DNA of 62,069 nt, filler included. It is 5 parts of 5 records of this genome, joined end to end, with 100 filler letters (N's around TTAATTAATTAA, not from the genome) between each part and the next. Parts side by side here need not be neighbours in the genome. Positions count along the whole stretch, not along the records: positions 1 to 13,966 come from SRR2962707_2145; 4 more parts are not named here. The stretch is one strand, 5' to 3'. Shown here one piece after another: positions 1 through 8,138 of the stretch. The notes under the pieces were generated by a model that saw only the letters and a list, made by a program, of their open reading frames with translations, did no database searches and had not been told where the DNA came from. Every line of letters begins with the position of its first letter. Positions within the stretch are counted from its first letter, which is position 1. A program made the position numbers and the translations under genes.

Positions 1-103
1 AATTGCAGACGGGCTGGCTGGCGTCGCCTTTGTCACCGCTTGTGTCGAGTCATCCCGGCGTGGCGCAACCTGGGTGAAATTCGGGAACTACAACAAGAGC
101 TGA
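1..103 (+). CDS. C-terminal fragment of a Gfo/Idh/MocA-family oxidoreductase (partial, contig edge)
   Basis: Frame 2 reads IADGLAGVAFVTACVESSRRGATWVKFGNYNKS*, resembling the typical 'DGLxGVAFVxACVxSS...W' C-terminus of this family. Confidence 0.55.
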   Translation, partial: IADGLAGVAFVTACVESSRRGATWVKFGNYNKS

Positions 104-187
104 ATAGGGTTGAGCGAGGATTTGGCCCAATCCCAACTGCGATTTGTCACCCCATGTTTCATCTGACGCCGTGGGGTCGAACTATTG

Positions 188-212
188 GGAACAATTGTGG
201 CCTTTGTGCGTT
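188..212 (+). promoter_or_regulatory. EcfG (sigma-T/RpoE2)-type promoter
   Basis: GGAAC-aattgtggcctttgtg(16)-CGTT. Confidence 0.75.
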
Positions 213-330
213 TGAATAGTGAAGGCGATGCACGACTGCACCGCCATAGTTGGCTTGTCGCCCTCTTCTGAAACCTGTTTGAGACAGGCATCAGGCGGCG
301 GCGCCAGACAGATTATTCAAGGAGCATAAA

Positions 331-525
331 ATGGGTATCGAAGTCGGCGGCCTGCTGGGCCTCATTCTTCTCGTCGCCGTGGTTTGGGCGATCTACAGCA
401 TCTTTCAGTCTTCGGCCTCAACCGGCGCAAAGGCATTGTGGACCGTGCTGATCATTGTGCTGCCAGTCATCGGCCTGATCATCTGGTTTCTCGCAGGCCC
501 CAAGGGCAACACACGGACCGCTTAA
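331..525 (+). CDS. small membrane protein, PLDc_N (phospholipase D-nuclease N-terminal) family
   Basis: AAGGAG RBS; two TM helices with KALWxxLIIxLPVIGLIIWFLAG motif. Confidence 0.85.
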   Translation: MGIEVGGLLGLILLVAVVWAIYSIFQSSASTGAKALWTVLIIVLPVIGLIIWFLAGPKGNTRTA

Positions 526-541
526 CGGCTAAAGGAGCTGC

Positions 542-736
542 GTGATGTCATCGAATATTCATCCCGTCATCGCAAGCCAGATACTCGGCACGACAACCAG
601 TGCCGAGTATCAGCTGAAGCCGTCCCACGGAGAGACGGCTCATGAGGAGAAGCTCGAAAAGCTCAAAGCAGATGCGGTCGCACTGCTGCACAGACTGGAA
701 ACAGCCTCAGCTGACATCGAACTCACCAGCGAGTAG
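542..736 (+). CDS. hypothetical small protein
   Basis: AAAGGAG RBS 17 nt after the previous stop; followed by a hairpin terminator. Confidence 0.5.
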   Translation: MMSSNIHPVIASQILGTTTSAEYQLKPSHGETAHEEKLEKLKADAVALLHRLETASADIELTSE

Positions 737-790
737 GCACGGATTGCGCTCATTCAGGCGCTGACGCTCAATACTGAGACCCTACAATTT

Positions 791-832
791 GAAAAGCGCG
801 CCAGGATATGATGTCCCGGCGCGCTTCTTTTT
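791..832. terminator. probable bidirectional intrinsic terminator
   Basis: AAGCGCGCC...GGCGCGCTT stem with flanking A and T runs, between convergent genes. Confidence 0.6.
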
Positions 833-1058
833 GTGCTGTCATTAAAATCCTGGGACGCTGACCGACATGCTCTGGGCGATCGATCGATGGGCCATAATCG
901 CTCCTCGAGACGCGCCGGCAACACCGCAGAAAAAACCGTGCCGGCCGGGTTGTGGCGGGCACGGTATCTTGTCGAAATTTTTCTGGGAGTGACCTGGCTG
1001 CGGTCGAGCTCGCGGACAAAGACCGGAGGTGCCTCAATGCTTGCCTGGCGATTATTGC

Positions 1059-1658
1059 CTAACGGCCAGGGAAGGCCCTGTTGACCAATGGACGCGAGGT
1101 GTCATCGGGGCCGTAATCTCCTTCGCCCTCAATGGTGAGAAGTTCCTGCAGTTTGGAACGCGCCCGATTGACACGGCTCTTGATGGTCCCGACAGCGACA
1201 CCTGCGATATCGGCAGCCTCTTCATAGGAAAAGCCGGACGCGCCGATAAGCACGATGGCTTCACGCTGATCGTCGGGCAGGCTGTTCAGAGCTGTCTTGA
1301 AATCAGCCAGGTCGAGCTTGCCATATTGTTCGGGATGAGTGGCAAGACTTCCAGCAAAGACACCATCGGGATCGGGCAATTCGCGGCCCTTGCGGCGCAT
1401 CTGGCTGTAAAATTCATTGCGCAGAATGGTGAAAAGCCAGGCCCGCATGCTTGTGCCGGGCTGGAAACTTTCCTGCTTGCCCCAAGCCTTCATGACTGTT
1501 TCCTGGACAAGGTCGTCGGCCTTGTCGTGACGGCGAGCCAGCGAAACGGCAAACGCGCGCAGACTCGGCAACACCGCGAGCATCTCGCGTTTGAACGAAA
1601 ACTCGGCCGGAACTTCGGATGGGATCACTTCAGGTGTCCCGATGTTAGTTGGAGCCAT
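1059..1658 (-). CDS. ecfG: ECF sigma factor EcfG (ECF15; RpoE2/SigT)
   Basis: LRAFAVSL..ADDLVQET..KAW, region 4 GFSYEEAA..GTIKSRVNRAR; overlaps nepR and is divergent from phyR; ATG at 1658 preferred. Confidence 0.93.
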   Translation of the reverse strand: MAPTNIGTPEVIPSEVPAEFSFKREMLAVLPSLRAFAVSLARRHDKADDLVQETVMKAWGKQESFQPGTSMRAWLFTILRNEFYSQMRRKGRELPDPDGVFAGSLATHPEQYGKLDLADFKTALNSLPDDQREAIVLIGASGFSYEEAADIAGVAVGTIKSRVNRARSKLQELLTIEGEGDYGPDDTSRPLVNRAFPGR

Positions 1659-1842
1659 CTGAGCCACCCGAGCGTTCCGCTTGATCGAGTTTCTCAAGCA
1701 GGCCAAGAAGATGGTCCGGAATCGGCTCTTCCTCGACCGACGTGTAAAACTGCTTCAACTGCGAAGCGATCGCGTCAGTCGAGCCGAGATCGGGTTTCCG
1801 CCCTCCTCTTGAAACTGTACCTTTTTCTTCTCGATCAATCAT
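1645..1842 (-). CDS. nepR: anti-sigma factor NepR
   Basis: IASQLKQFYTSVEEEPIPDHLLGLLEKL matches the NepR core motif; directly upstream of ecfG. Confidence 0.9.
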   Translation of the reverse strand: MIDREEKGTVSRGGRKPDLGSTDAIASQLKQFYTSVEEEPIPDHLLGLLEKLDQAERSGGSDGSN

Positions 1843-1882
1843 ACCCTTGCCAGCCCTTTCAGAATGCACACATATTACAGAG

Positions 1883-1907
1883 AATGCTTCAGTTGAAAAA
1901 AAGTTCC
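1883..1907 (-). promoter_or_regulatory. EcfG-type promoter for nepR-ecfG
   Basis: Minus strand GGAAC-N16-CATT. Confidence 0.8.
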
Positions 1908-1915
1908 AAGTGGTC

Positions 1916-1940
1916 GGAACTTTTTTTTGGTTCGCGCGTT
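1916..1940 (+). promoter_or_regulatory. EcfG-type promoter for phyR
   Basis: GGAAC-ttttttttggttcgcg(16)-CGTT. Confidence 0.85.
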
Positions 1941-1983
1941 ATGAGTTCGTTGCCACGTTGAGTGGACTACAAAGGGGTACCTA

Positions 1984-2796
1984 ATGACGACACTGTCCAT
2001 GCGCATCGCGCCGCACCTTCCTTACCTCCGCCGCTTTTCGCGTGCGGTTACCGGATCTCAGACTTCCGGCGACGCTTATGTAGCCGCGACGCTCGAAGCC
2101 CTGATAGCTGATCTGAGTATCTTTCCCAAAACTTCCGATGACCGGGTTTCGCTGTATCGGCTTTTCTCTCAACTCTTTGACACGCTTTCGGTTCCAATAC
2201 CGGAAAACCCGACGCCTTTCGGTTGGGAAAGAAGAGCTGCCAACAATCTCGAAGCTGTGACGCCCCAAGCGCGCAAAGCCTTCCTGTTGATCTCGGTAGA
2301 AGGTTTCAAGCCCTCCCAGGCTGCCGAAATCCTCGATGTCGAGGAGGCAGACTTCAACAAGCTGCTTGAAACCGCCTCAATGGAGATCTCTAAACAGGTC
2401 GCCACCGACATCATGATTATCGAAGACGAGCCGTTGATCGCCATGGATATCGAGGACATGGTCGAAGCTCTTGGTCACAGGGTGACCGGGGTAGCGAGAA
2501 CCCACAGTGAAGCAATCGAGCTTTACAAAAGGACCAAGCCGAAGATGGTTCTCGCCGATATCCAGCTGGCAGACGGCAGCTCCGGAATCGATGCGGTCAA
2601 CGACATCCTGAAGGACGAGACGTTGCCGGTGATCTTCATTACCGCCTTCCCCGAGCGGTTGCTGACGGGCGAAAAACCCGAGCCGGCATTTCTTGTGACC
2701 AAGCCGTTCAATCCGGACATGGTCAAAGCCCTGATCAGTCAGGCGCTGTTTTTCAACGCAGCGGGCGAAAAACTGGAGATGACCGGAACCAACTAG
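1984..2796 (+). CDS. phyR: anti-anti-sigma response regulator PhyR
   Basis: N-terminal sigma-like domain (HLPYLRRFSRAVTGSQTSGDAYV) plus C-terminal receiver (IIEDEPLIA, LADIQLADGSSG, FITAFPERLLTG, LVTKPF). Confidence 0.96.
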   Translation: MTTLSMRIAPHLPYLRRFSRAVTGSQTSGDAYVAATLEALIADLSIFPKTSDDRVSLYRLFSQLFDTLSVPIPENPTPFGWERRAANNLEAVTPQARKAFLLISVEGFKPSQAAEILDVEEADFNKLLETASMEISKQVATDIMIIEDEPLIAMDIEDMVEALGHRVTGVARTHSEAIELYKRTKPKMVLADIQLADGSSGIDAVNDILKDETLPVIFITAFPERLLTGEKPEPAFLVTKPFNPDMVKALISQALFFNAAGEKLEMTGTN

Positions 2797-2809
2797 GCTA
2801 CCGGGCGTT
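2785..2809 (+). promoter_or_regulatory. EcfG-type promoter overlapping the phyR stop codon
   Basis: GGAAC-caactaggctaccggg(16)-CGTT. Confidence 0.8.
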
Positions 2810-2840
2810 GTGACAGCATCGGACAAAAAGGAGATTTTCG

Positions 2841-3005
2841 ATGCTGTACTACGCTCTCGTATTCCTCGTGGTCGCCATTGTCGCCGGCGTTCTGGGCTTT
2901 GGCGGAATCGCCGGTACATCTGCCGGTATCGCCCAGATACTGTTCTTCCTGTTCCTGGCATTTCTGGTGATTTCACTGGTCATGAATTTTGTCAGGAAAG
3001 TATGA
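2841..3005 (+). CDS. DUF1328 (UPF0391) small membrane protein, 54 aa; not in the ORF track
   Basis: [63 protein letters not shown]. Confidence 0.92.
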   Translation: MLYYALVFLVVAIVAGVLGFGGIAGTSAGIAQILFFLFLAFLVISLVMNFVRKV

Positions 3006-3107
3006 CGCACATCAAGGCCGGCTTTTTAAGAGTGCTTAAGGTGCCGGATCATATCCGGCACCTTATTGCGTAAATTACGAGTCTACCAAGCGGATGAACA
3101 ACCTACC

Positions 3108-4133
3108 ATGACCATGACATCTGTAAACGAATCTGACCGGTTGAGATTCGTATTGGCTGGCCTGCGTAGCGCAGGCGTGTCGATGATGTATCAGGATGCC
3201 GATCTGGTTATCCGGTTTGCCGCCAATCTTCCCGACACATGGCCACTGGGTCCGTTGCTTGAAGGTGGCACCGATGAAGTGGTATTCACCCCGCAACATG
3301 CAGCCAAGGTTGTTCATGCCAAACGTCGCGTCATAGAGACCGGCGACGCCACCAAAATCGAAATTCATCGTGATGTGGACCAGGAGCGGCACTGGTACAT
3401 GCTCAATATCGACCCCGATGTGGACAACGACGGCAAAGTCATCGGCGTTTTCACAACGATAATCGACATTGATGACCTCAAATATCGCGAAACAGTTCTC
3501 AAGACGCTTTTGCGCGAACTCAGCCACCGCTCCAAGAACCTTCTGGCAATCATCCAGTCAGTCGCCTCGCAGACAGCGCGCCATTCGCAGGGGCTGGAGG
3601 ATTTTCTCCTGGCATTCCGCAACCGTGTGCAATCAATGGCCCAGTCGCAGGATCTCGTCACAGCATCTGATTGGCGCGGGGCGGAACTTTTCGCCCTGAC
3701 AAAATCGCAATTGCAGCCCCTGATCGGAGATCTCCCAACGGGATTCTCGTTGACGGGCGAAGATGCCTATCTGTTCCCGAATGCGGCCCTCCACCTGGGT
3801 TTGGCCCTGCATGAGCTGACCATTGACTCGCTTGCCAGAGGGGCACTGGGGCCCGCGGGCGGCACTGTGGAGCTGTCGGCAGAAGATCACCTCAATGAAA
3901 AAAATGTTTCCGAGCTGGTCCTGACCTGGCGCGAAACTTTCGCGACCCCACAAGAGACCTCCGAAACGTCATCGAAGACGAAAAACGGATTCAGCGGAAC
4001 CGTACTGGGAAGGATCGTGCCGCAGGCTCTGTCTGCCAGCGTCCGTCATGAAATAGAACCGGGCTGCATGATTTACCAGCTCACCATACCCGACACCCAA
4101 TACGAAGTGCATGCCCCCTACTCGTCCTCATGA
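3108..4133 (+). CDS. cytoplasmic PAS-domain HWE/HisKA2 histidine kinase
   Basis: ELSHRSKNLL (HRxxN) H-box, LALHEL N-box, LTWRE motif; N-terminal PAS-like region; start uncertain (3066 or 3108). Confidence 0.9.
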   Translation: MTMTSVNESDRLRFVLAGLRSAGVSMMYQDADLVIRFAANLPDTWPLGPLLEGGTDEVVFTPQHAAKVVHAKRRVIETGDATKIEIHRDVDQERHWYMLNIDPDVDNDGKVIGVFTTIIDIDDLKYRETVLKTLLRELSHRSKNLLAIIQSVASQTARHSQGLEDFLLAFRNRVQSMAQSQDLVTASDWRGAELFALTKSQLQPLIGDLPTGFSLTGEDAYLFPNAALHLGLALHELTIDSLARGALGPAGGTVELSAEDHLNEKNVSELVLTWRETFATPQETSETSSKTKNGFSGTVLGRIVPQALSASVRHEIEPGCMIYQLTIPDTQYEVHAPYSSS

Positions 4134-4296
4134 CCGACGAGCACTAAGGATCGGCTTTCGCTAGCCAATACACTTGGTTGCGGCTTTTCAAACACGCTCG
4201 CGACCGGCGGCAAAAATCCCAAATTTAACAAGCGCTTGGCAACGCTTTCCTCGTCTTCTGGTATGGCGGTGGCGTTAACCTATTCTTCGTTTTTGC

Positions 4297-4321
4297 GGAA
4301 CTTCCGTGATGCCCTGGCGTT
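4297..4321 (+). promoter_or_regulatory. EcfG-type promoter
   Basis: GGAAC-ttccgtgatgccctgg(16)-CGTT. Confidence 0.8.
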
Positions 4322-4343
4322 GTTCTGCCAAAGGAGAAGCGTC

Positions 4344-4679
4344 ATGGAACACATTGCTGCATTCATGTTGTTGATCGCCTGCAGCGAAGATCTGCAGGCC
4401 TGCAAGGAATACCCTGCCCCTGCGATCGGGTACGAGACTGTCGAGCAATGTCAGGTGGAACTGACACCGGCAATTCGCACGATCCCGGCAGATGAAGCAA
4501 AATCCTTCGGCAAATGCGTCGAAATAGATCCGGCGCTGTTTTACGAGGATGCTGAAATTGTCTGGGACGTGACCCAGCAGGGCGGCATCGAAGTGACACT
4601 CGAGGTCGTAAACCCACATATGGCTCTTCAGTCTGTCGCCAGCGTCGATCGTCCCGGCACCTACAACACTGTCAACTAA
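4344..4679 (+). CDS. conserved hypothetical Cys-containing protein
   Basis: AAGGAG RBS before ATG 4344; MEHIAAFMLLIACSEDLQACKE...C...KCVEID. Confidence 0.75.
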   Translation: MEHIAAFMLLIACSEDLQACKEYPAPAIGYETVEQCQVELTPAIRTIPADEAKSFGKCVEIDPALFYEDAEIVWDVTQQGGIEVTLEVVNPHMALQSVASVDRPGTYNTVN

Positions 4680-4700
4680 CCTGGGGCCTGCCAGGCCGGA

Positions 4701-5951
4701 TCATGGATCAACCTTGAAATCCAGGCGCTTACGCAGGAACTCAAGATCAGATTCTATCGGATCGCCGGCGCGCGCCGTTTCAAGCAGTGCCTTGCCATGG
4801 CTGGCAATCAGATCCCGCGCATCGCTACCGGCGATCGAATAGAGCGAGTTGAGCACCACACCGATATGATCGAGCATGAGAATGTTGCCTCTCGACGCCT
4901 GGCGCAGAGGATGCAATGCCATATTGAGCAGATCCTCCAATGACAGTCCGGGCACCTTGAGGCGCGCAACGCCGTTTTCATCACATCTTACATCACCACG
5001 CAGTCCCTCCGAGACCGGTTTGACGAGGGCTGCAGCAATCCGGTCGGCGCAGGCAACGGCAGTGAAACTGTCATTGACCCCTGGAGACAGGGCGCGAAGT
5101 GCAATTTCCAGCAAAATACTGATCGAAAACCTGATGTCGTTGACCGCGCCCCGGTAGGACTGCAGCACAATGGCTGAATGAACCGCAGCGGCTGCGTCCT
5201 TGCTGTCTTCTTCGAAGCCGGCGACCGCAAGCGTTTGCCCGGCAAGGACAAAATCGCCGGGCGCGACCCGAACCGCGATTGACGTATCTTGCTCCTGCGC
5301 AATCCGTATCAGGGCAGTCTCGTCCAACATCGTCACATAGCCGGACTGCTGCGCCAACAGCTTGGTGCCCAGGCCGTCTTCCTCCAGGTCATCTGCCCCT
5401 GCCCCGGTTTCGACGAGCAACGCGTTGATCTGGTCCTCGAGTTGCTCGGAGATTTTCGCCACTTCCGCGTCAATGGTGACACTTCTTGAAACCGAGTGAA
5501 CAAAGTGAATGACCTGCAGCACCGAAGCAGCGGCGAGCAGGAAGGCCATGGCGATGGAAAACTCGGGCCGCAGATCGGGGCCGGATGCTCGCAGCACGGT
5601 CAGTGCATACAGAAACGTGCCCCCGAGCAGCCCTGCGGTGATCTGGTTGACCCTGTCGCGAGAAAAGCGCTGCAACAATCTCGGCGCGATATTGCCAGCC
5701 GCGAGCGTAAACACCACCAGCATGATCGAATAGACCATGCCGAGCGTGGTGATCGCCGCCGTGGCGATGGTGGAAAGAAGGGATCGTGCGGTTTCCGCGG
5801 AGATGGCGAGCCAGAACGGCAGCGGATCCCCGATGATGGTGAACTGCGTATCGACCCAGATCATCGGAAAGGCCAGCACCCACAACCCGATGGCGATGGC
5901 GCCGGGCACACCGAGCAGGCCGTTAAGCGTCAGAAGCGACCAGACTTTCAT
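4701..5951 (-). CDS. DUF2254 family membrane protein
   Basis: LAAGNIAPRLL, EIALRALSPGVNDSFTAVAC motifs; several TM helices; ATG 5951 preferred. Confidence 0.88.
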   Translation of the reverse strand: MKVWSLLTLNGLLGVPGAIAIGLWVLAFPMIWVDTQFTIIGDPLPFWLAISAETARSLLSTIATAAITTLGMVYSIMLVVFTLAAGNIAPRLLQRFSRDRVNQITAGLLGGTFLYALTVLRASGPDLRPEFSIAMAFLLAAASVLQVIHFVHSVSRSVTIDAEVAKISEQLEDQINALLVETGAGADDLEEDGLGTKLLAQQSGYVTMLDETALIRIAQEQDTSIAVRVAPGDFVLAGQTLAVAGFEEDSKDAAAAVHSAIVLQSYRGAVNDIRFSISILLEIALRALSPGVNDSFTAVACADRIAAALVKPVSEGLRGDVRCDENGVARLKVPGLSLEDLLNMALHPLRQASRGNILMLDHIGVVLNSLYSIAGSDARDLIASHGKALLETARAGDPIESDLEFLRKRLDFKVDP

Positions 5952-6217
5952 TGAACCATCCTTGGGCGCGAGCAGAACAGGAGCCGGCGCGAACGACGTA
6001 GCTGGCGGAACAGAGGCTTTGCCTGCCACCCACCGTAAAGGTCTGCGTGAAATAGGCAATCACGGGGCAGTCGTCCATGGTTGAGCGAGCCAAAAGCGGA
6101 AGATTTGTCGAAGGACATGTTCTTGAGGTGCCGAGAGCTGCAACCGCGCTCCCGATCAGCGCAATCTTTCGCATCTGCTTCACCAAAGACCGGACTTTCT
6201 TCGATCCAGCGGCAGCA

Positions 6218-6242
6218 GGAACCCGAGCCCGTTTCAGGCGTT
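6218..6242 (+). promoter_or_regulatory. EcfG-type promoter
   Basis: GGAAC-ccgagcccgtttcagg(16)-CGTT. Confidence 0.8.
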
Positions 6243-6274
6243 AACCCCCGCCACCAAAAAGAAAGGGCTCCCTC

Positions 6275-6808
6275 ATGACAGATCTTCACAAAACACGACA
6301 CGAACCGATCGAGCAGCTTTTTGACATTCTCGATGACGCGCACGCCGTTATGCTCGGCCTCGATAAGATCGGACATTCGATGCAGCCGATGGCCCCTCAA
6401 GTTGACGAGGCCAGGCGCGGCATCTGGTTTTTCACCAAGCGCGATTCCGAACTGGGTAGCGCGATTGCCAATCCCCCTGCCAACCGCGCTCGCATTTGCG
6501 CCATCAGCCCGGATCACGATTATCACGCCTGCATTTCAGGCACGATCAGCGAAGAAGCCGACCGCGGCCTGATCGACAAGTTCTGGTCGCCGGTGGTGGC
6601 TGCCTGGTTCGAAGACGGCAAGGAAGATGCGAACCTCATGATGCTGCGTTTTGATCCGGCGGAAGCCGACATCTGGGCCTCATCGGGTAGCGTGATCCGC
6701 TTCGCGTGGGAAGTTGCCAAGGCCAATATGACGGACGACGAGCCGGATGTCGGAGAAAAAACGCACGTTGTTTTCCCCGCAACGGCAGCCGCACAGCAGA
6801 TCGCCTAA
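6275..6808 (+). CDS. general stress protein, pyridoxamine 5'-phosphate oxidase-like (FMN-binding split barrel)
   Basis: MQPMA, IWFFT, LIDKFWSPVVAAWFEDGKED motifs. Confidence 0.88.
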   Translation: MTDLHKTRHEPIEQLFDILDDAHAVMLGLDKIGHSMQPMAPQVDEARRGIWFFTKRDSELGSAIANPPANRARICAISPDHDYHACISGTISEEADRGLIDKFWSPVVAAWFEDGKEDANLMMLRFDPAEADIWASSGSVIRFAWEVAKANMTDDEPDVGEKTHVVFPATAAAQQIA

Positions 6809-6834
6809 CAAGCATCACAAACATGGAAACCGCG

Positions 6835-6859
6835 GGAACCAAACTCGGGTTAGCGCGTT
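6835..6859 (+). promoter_or_regulatory. EcfG-type promoter for csbD
   Basis: GGAAC-caaactcgggttagcg(16)-CGTT. Confidence 0.8.
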
Positions 6860-6922
6860 TTATAAGCAGGCCGGCAGCGAAACAGCCAGACGGCCAACAG
6901 TTTCAAACCAAGGAGAATTGAT

Positions 6923-7117
6923 ATGAATTGGGATATCGTTGAAGGCAAGTGGAACGAATACAAGGGCAAGGCCCAGGCGCAGTGGGGCGAGCTGACCAAT
7001 GACGATCTGGACGTGATCGAAGGTCGCCGCGACGAACTGGCCGGCAAGATCCAGGCCCGCTACGGCAAGACGCGCGACGATGCAGAGCGCGAAATCGACG
7101 ACTGGCTGAACAAGTAA
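6923..7117 (+). CDS. csbD: CsbD/YjbJ family stress protein
   Basis: MNWDIVEGKWNEYKGKAQAQWGELTNDDLDVIEGRRDELAGKIQARYG. Confidence 0.95.
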   Translation: MNWDIVEGKWNEYKGKAQAQWGELTNDDLDVIEGRRDELAGKIQARYGKTRDDAEREIDDWLNK

Positions 7118-7130
7118 TCATCCAGAATGC

Positions 7131-7162
7131 AAAGGCTCGGCACTTCGGTGGCCGGGCCTTTT
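7131..7162 (+). terminator. intrinsic terminator after csbD
   Basis: AAAGGCTCGGCAC-TTCG-GTGGCCGGGCCTTTT. Confidence 0.65.
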
Positions 7163-7180
7163 CTTTATGAAAGTGCGTCC

Positions 7181-7963
7181 ATGCCAAGCAAAAACCAGAG
7201 CGCCATCCCCAAGGACGCCAGTCCCCTGGTTCGTCGGCTCGGCAGATCCGTGCTTTTGACCTCCGAGGAGGTCGATTATCTCGAAACCATGCAGGTCAAT
7301 CAGGCGGCTGTCGGCAAGGGTGATGAGTTCATCCATGACGGCGAACCGCTGCGCGTGACGTTTCTGGTGCGGCAAGGCTGGGTGATCCGCTACAGGATCA
7401 CGCCCGCCGGACGACGACTTATCATCGGAGTGTCGCTGCCGGGTGACTTTATCGGTTTGCATGTCAATTTCAGCCATTCCTCAATTTTCTCGGCCGCGGC
7501 ACTCACCAACAGCTCGCTGGCATTGATCGAGCCTGTGCGGATTCTTGAAATTCATCGTCGATTTCCAGTGCTTGCATCGGGACTTGACTGGATGTCGATG
7601 CGCCACGCCAACATATTGGCAGAACACAAGGTTTCCCTCGGCGCGCGGACAGCCGCTCAGCGAATATTGCACTTTCTGCTGGAGCTATGGATACGGCTCG
7701 AACAAGTGGGCCTGGCCAATGACAAGGGCTTCGAACTGGAACTCACCCAGGAACAGATCGGCGACTGCATGGGGCTGTCCACGGTTCACGTCAATCGTTC
7801 GCTCAGCCGTTTGAGCAAGGAACGACTGCTCAAAATCGAGAAGGGCACGGTTACGTTCCCCGAAGTATCCCGATCAATCAGTTTTGCAGATTTTGATGAA
7901 CGTTTTTTGATGGAATTCGCGACCAAGGCGGATGGACTCGGCTCGAGCAAGCGGATTTCATAA
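7181..7963 (+). CDS. Crp/Fnr family transcriptional regulator (no FNR Cys cluster)
   Basis: cNMP-binding-like domain (LPGDFIG) and HTH LTQEQIGDCMGLSTVHVNRSL. Confidence 0.9.
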   Translation: MPSKNQSAIPKDASPLVRRLGRSVLLTSEEVDYLETMQVNQAAVGKGDEFIHDGEPLRVTFLVRQGWVIRYRITPAGRRLIIGVSLPGDFIGLHVNFSHSSIFSAAALTNSSLALIEPVRILEIHRRFPVLASGLDWMSMRHANILAEHKVSLGARTAAQRILHFLLELWIRLEQVGLANDKGFELELTQEQIGDCMGLSTVHVNRSLSRLSKERLLKIEKGTVTFPEVSRSISFADFDERFLMEFATKADGLGSSKRIS

Positions 7964-8138
7964 ACCCGCGCGGCAGCTTAACCTGTGTAATAGACGAGCT
8001 TCGAAACAGGCTTATTGTGAAGCGCTGTCGTTGACTTGCGCGACGATGCGCGACCGCAGATTTCAAGGGTTTGGATATCCGTTTTATATACGGATTGGCC
8101 TCTCAAATCTTGCATCAGACACGTAAACCGCTTAGCGG

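Noticed and set aside
1029-1961. 310-aa plus-strand ORF
   Set aside because: Antisense shadow of ecfG/nepR that runs through the divergent promoters; no motifs
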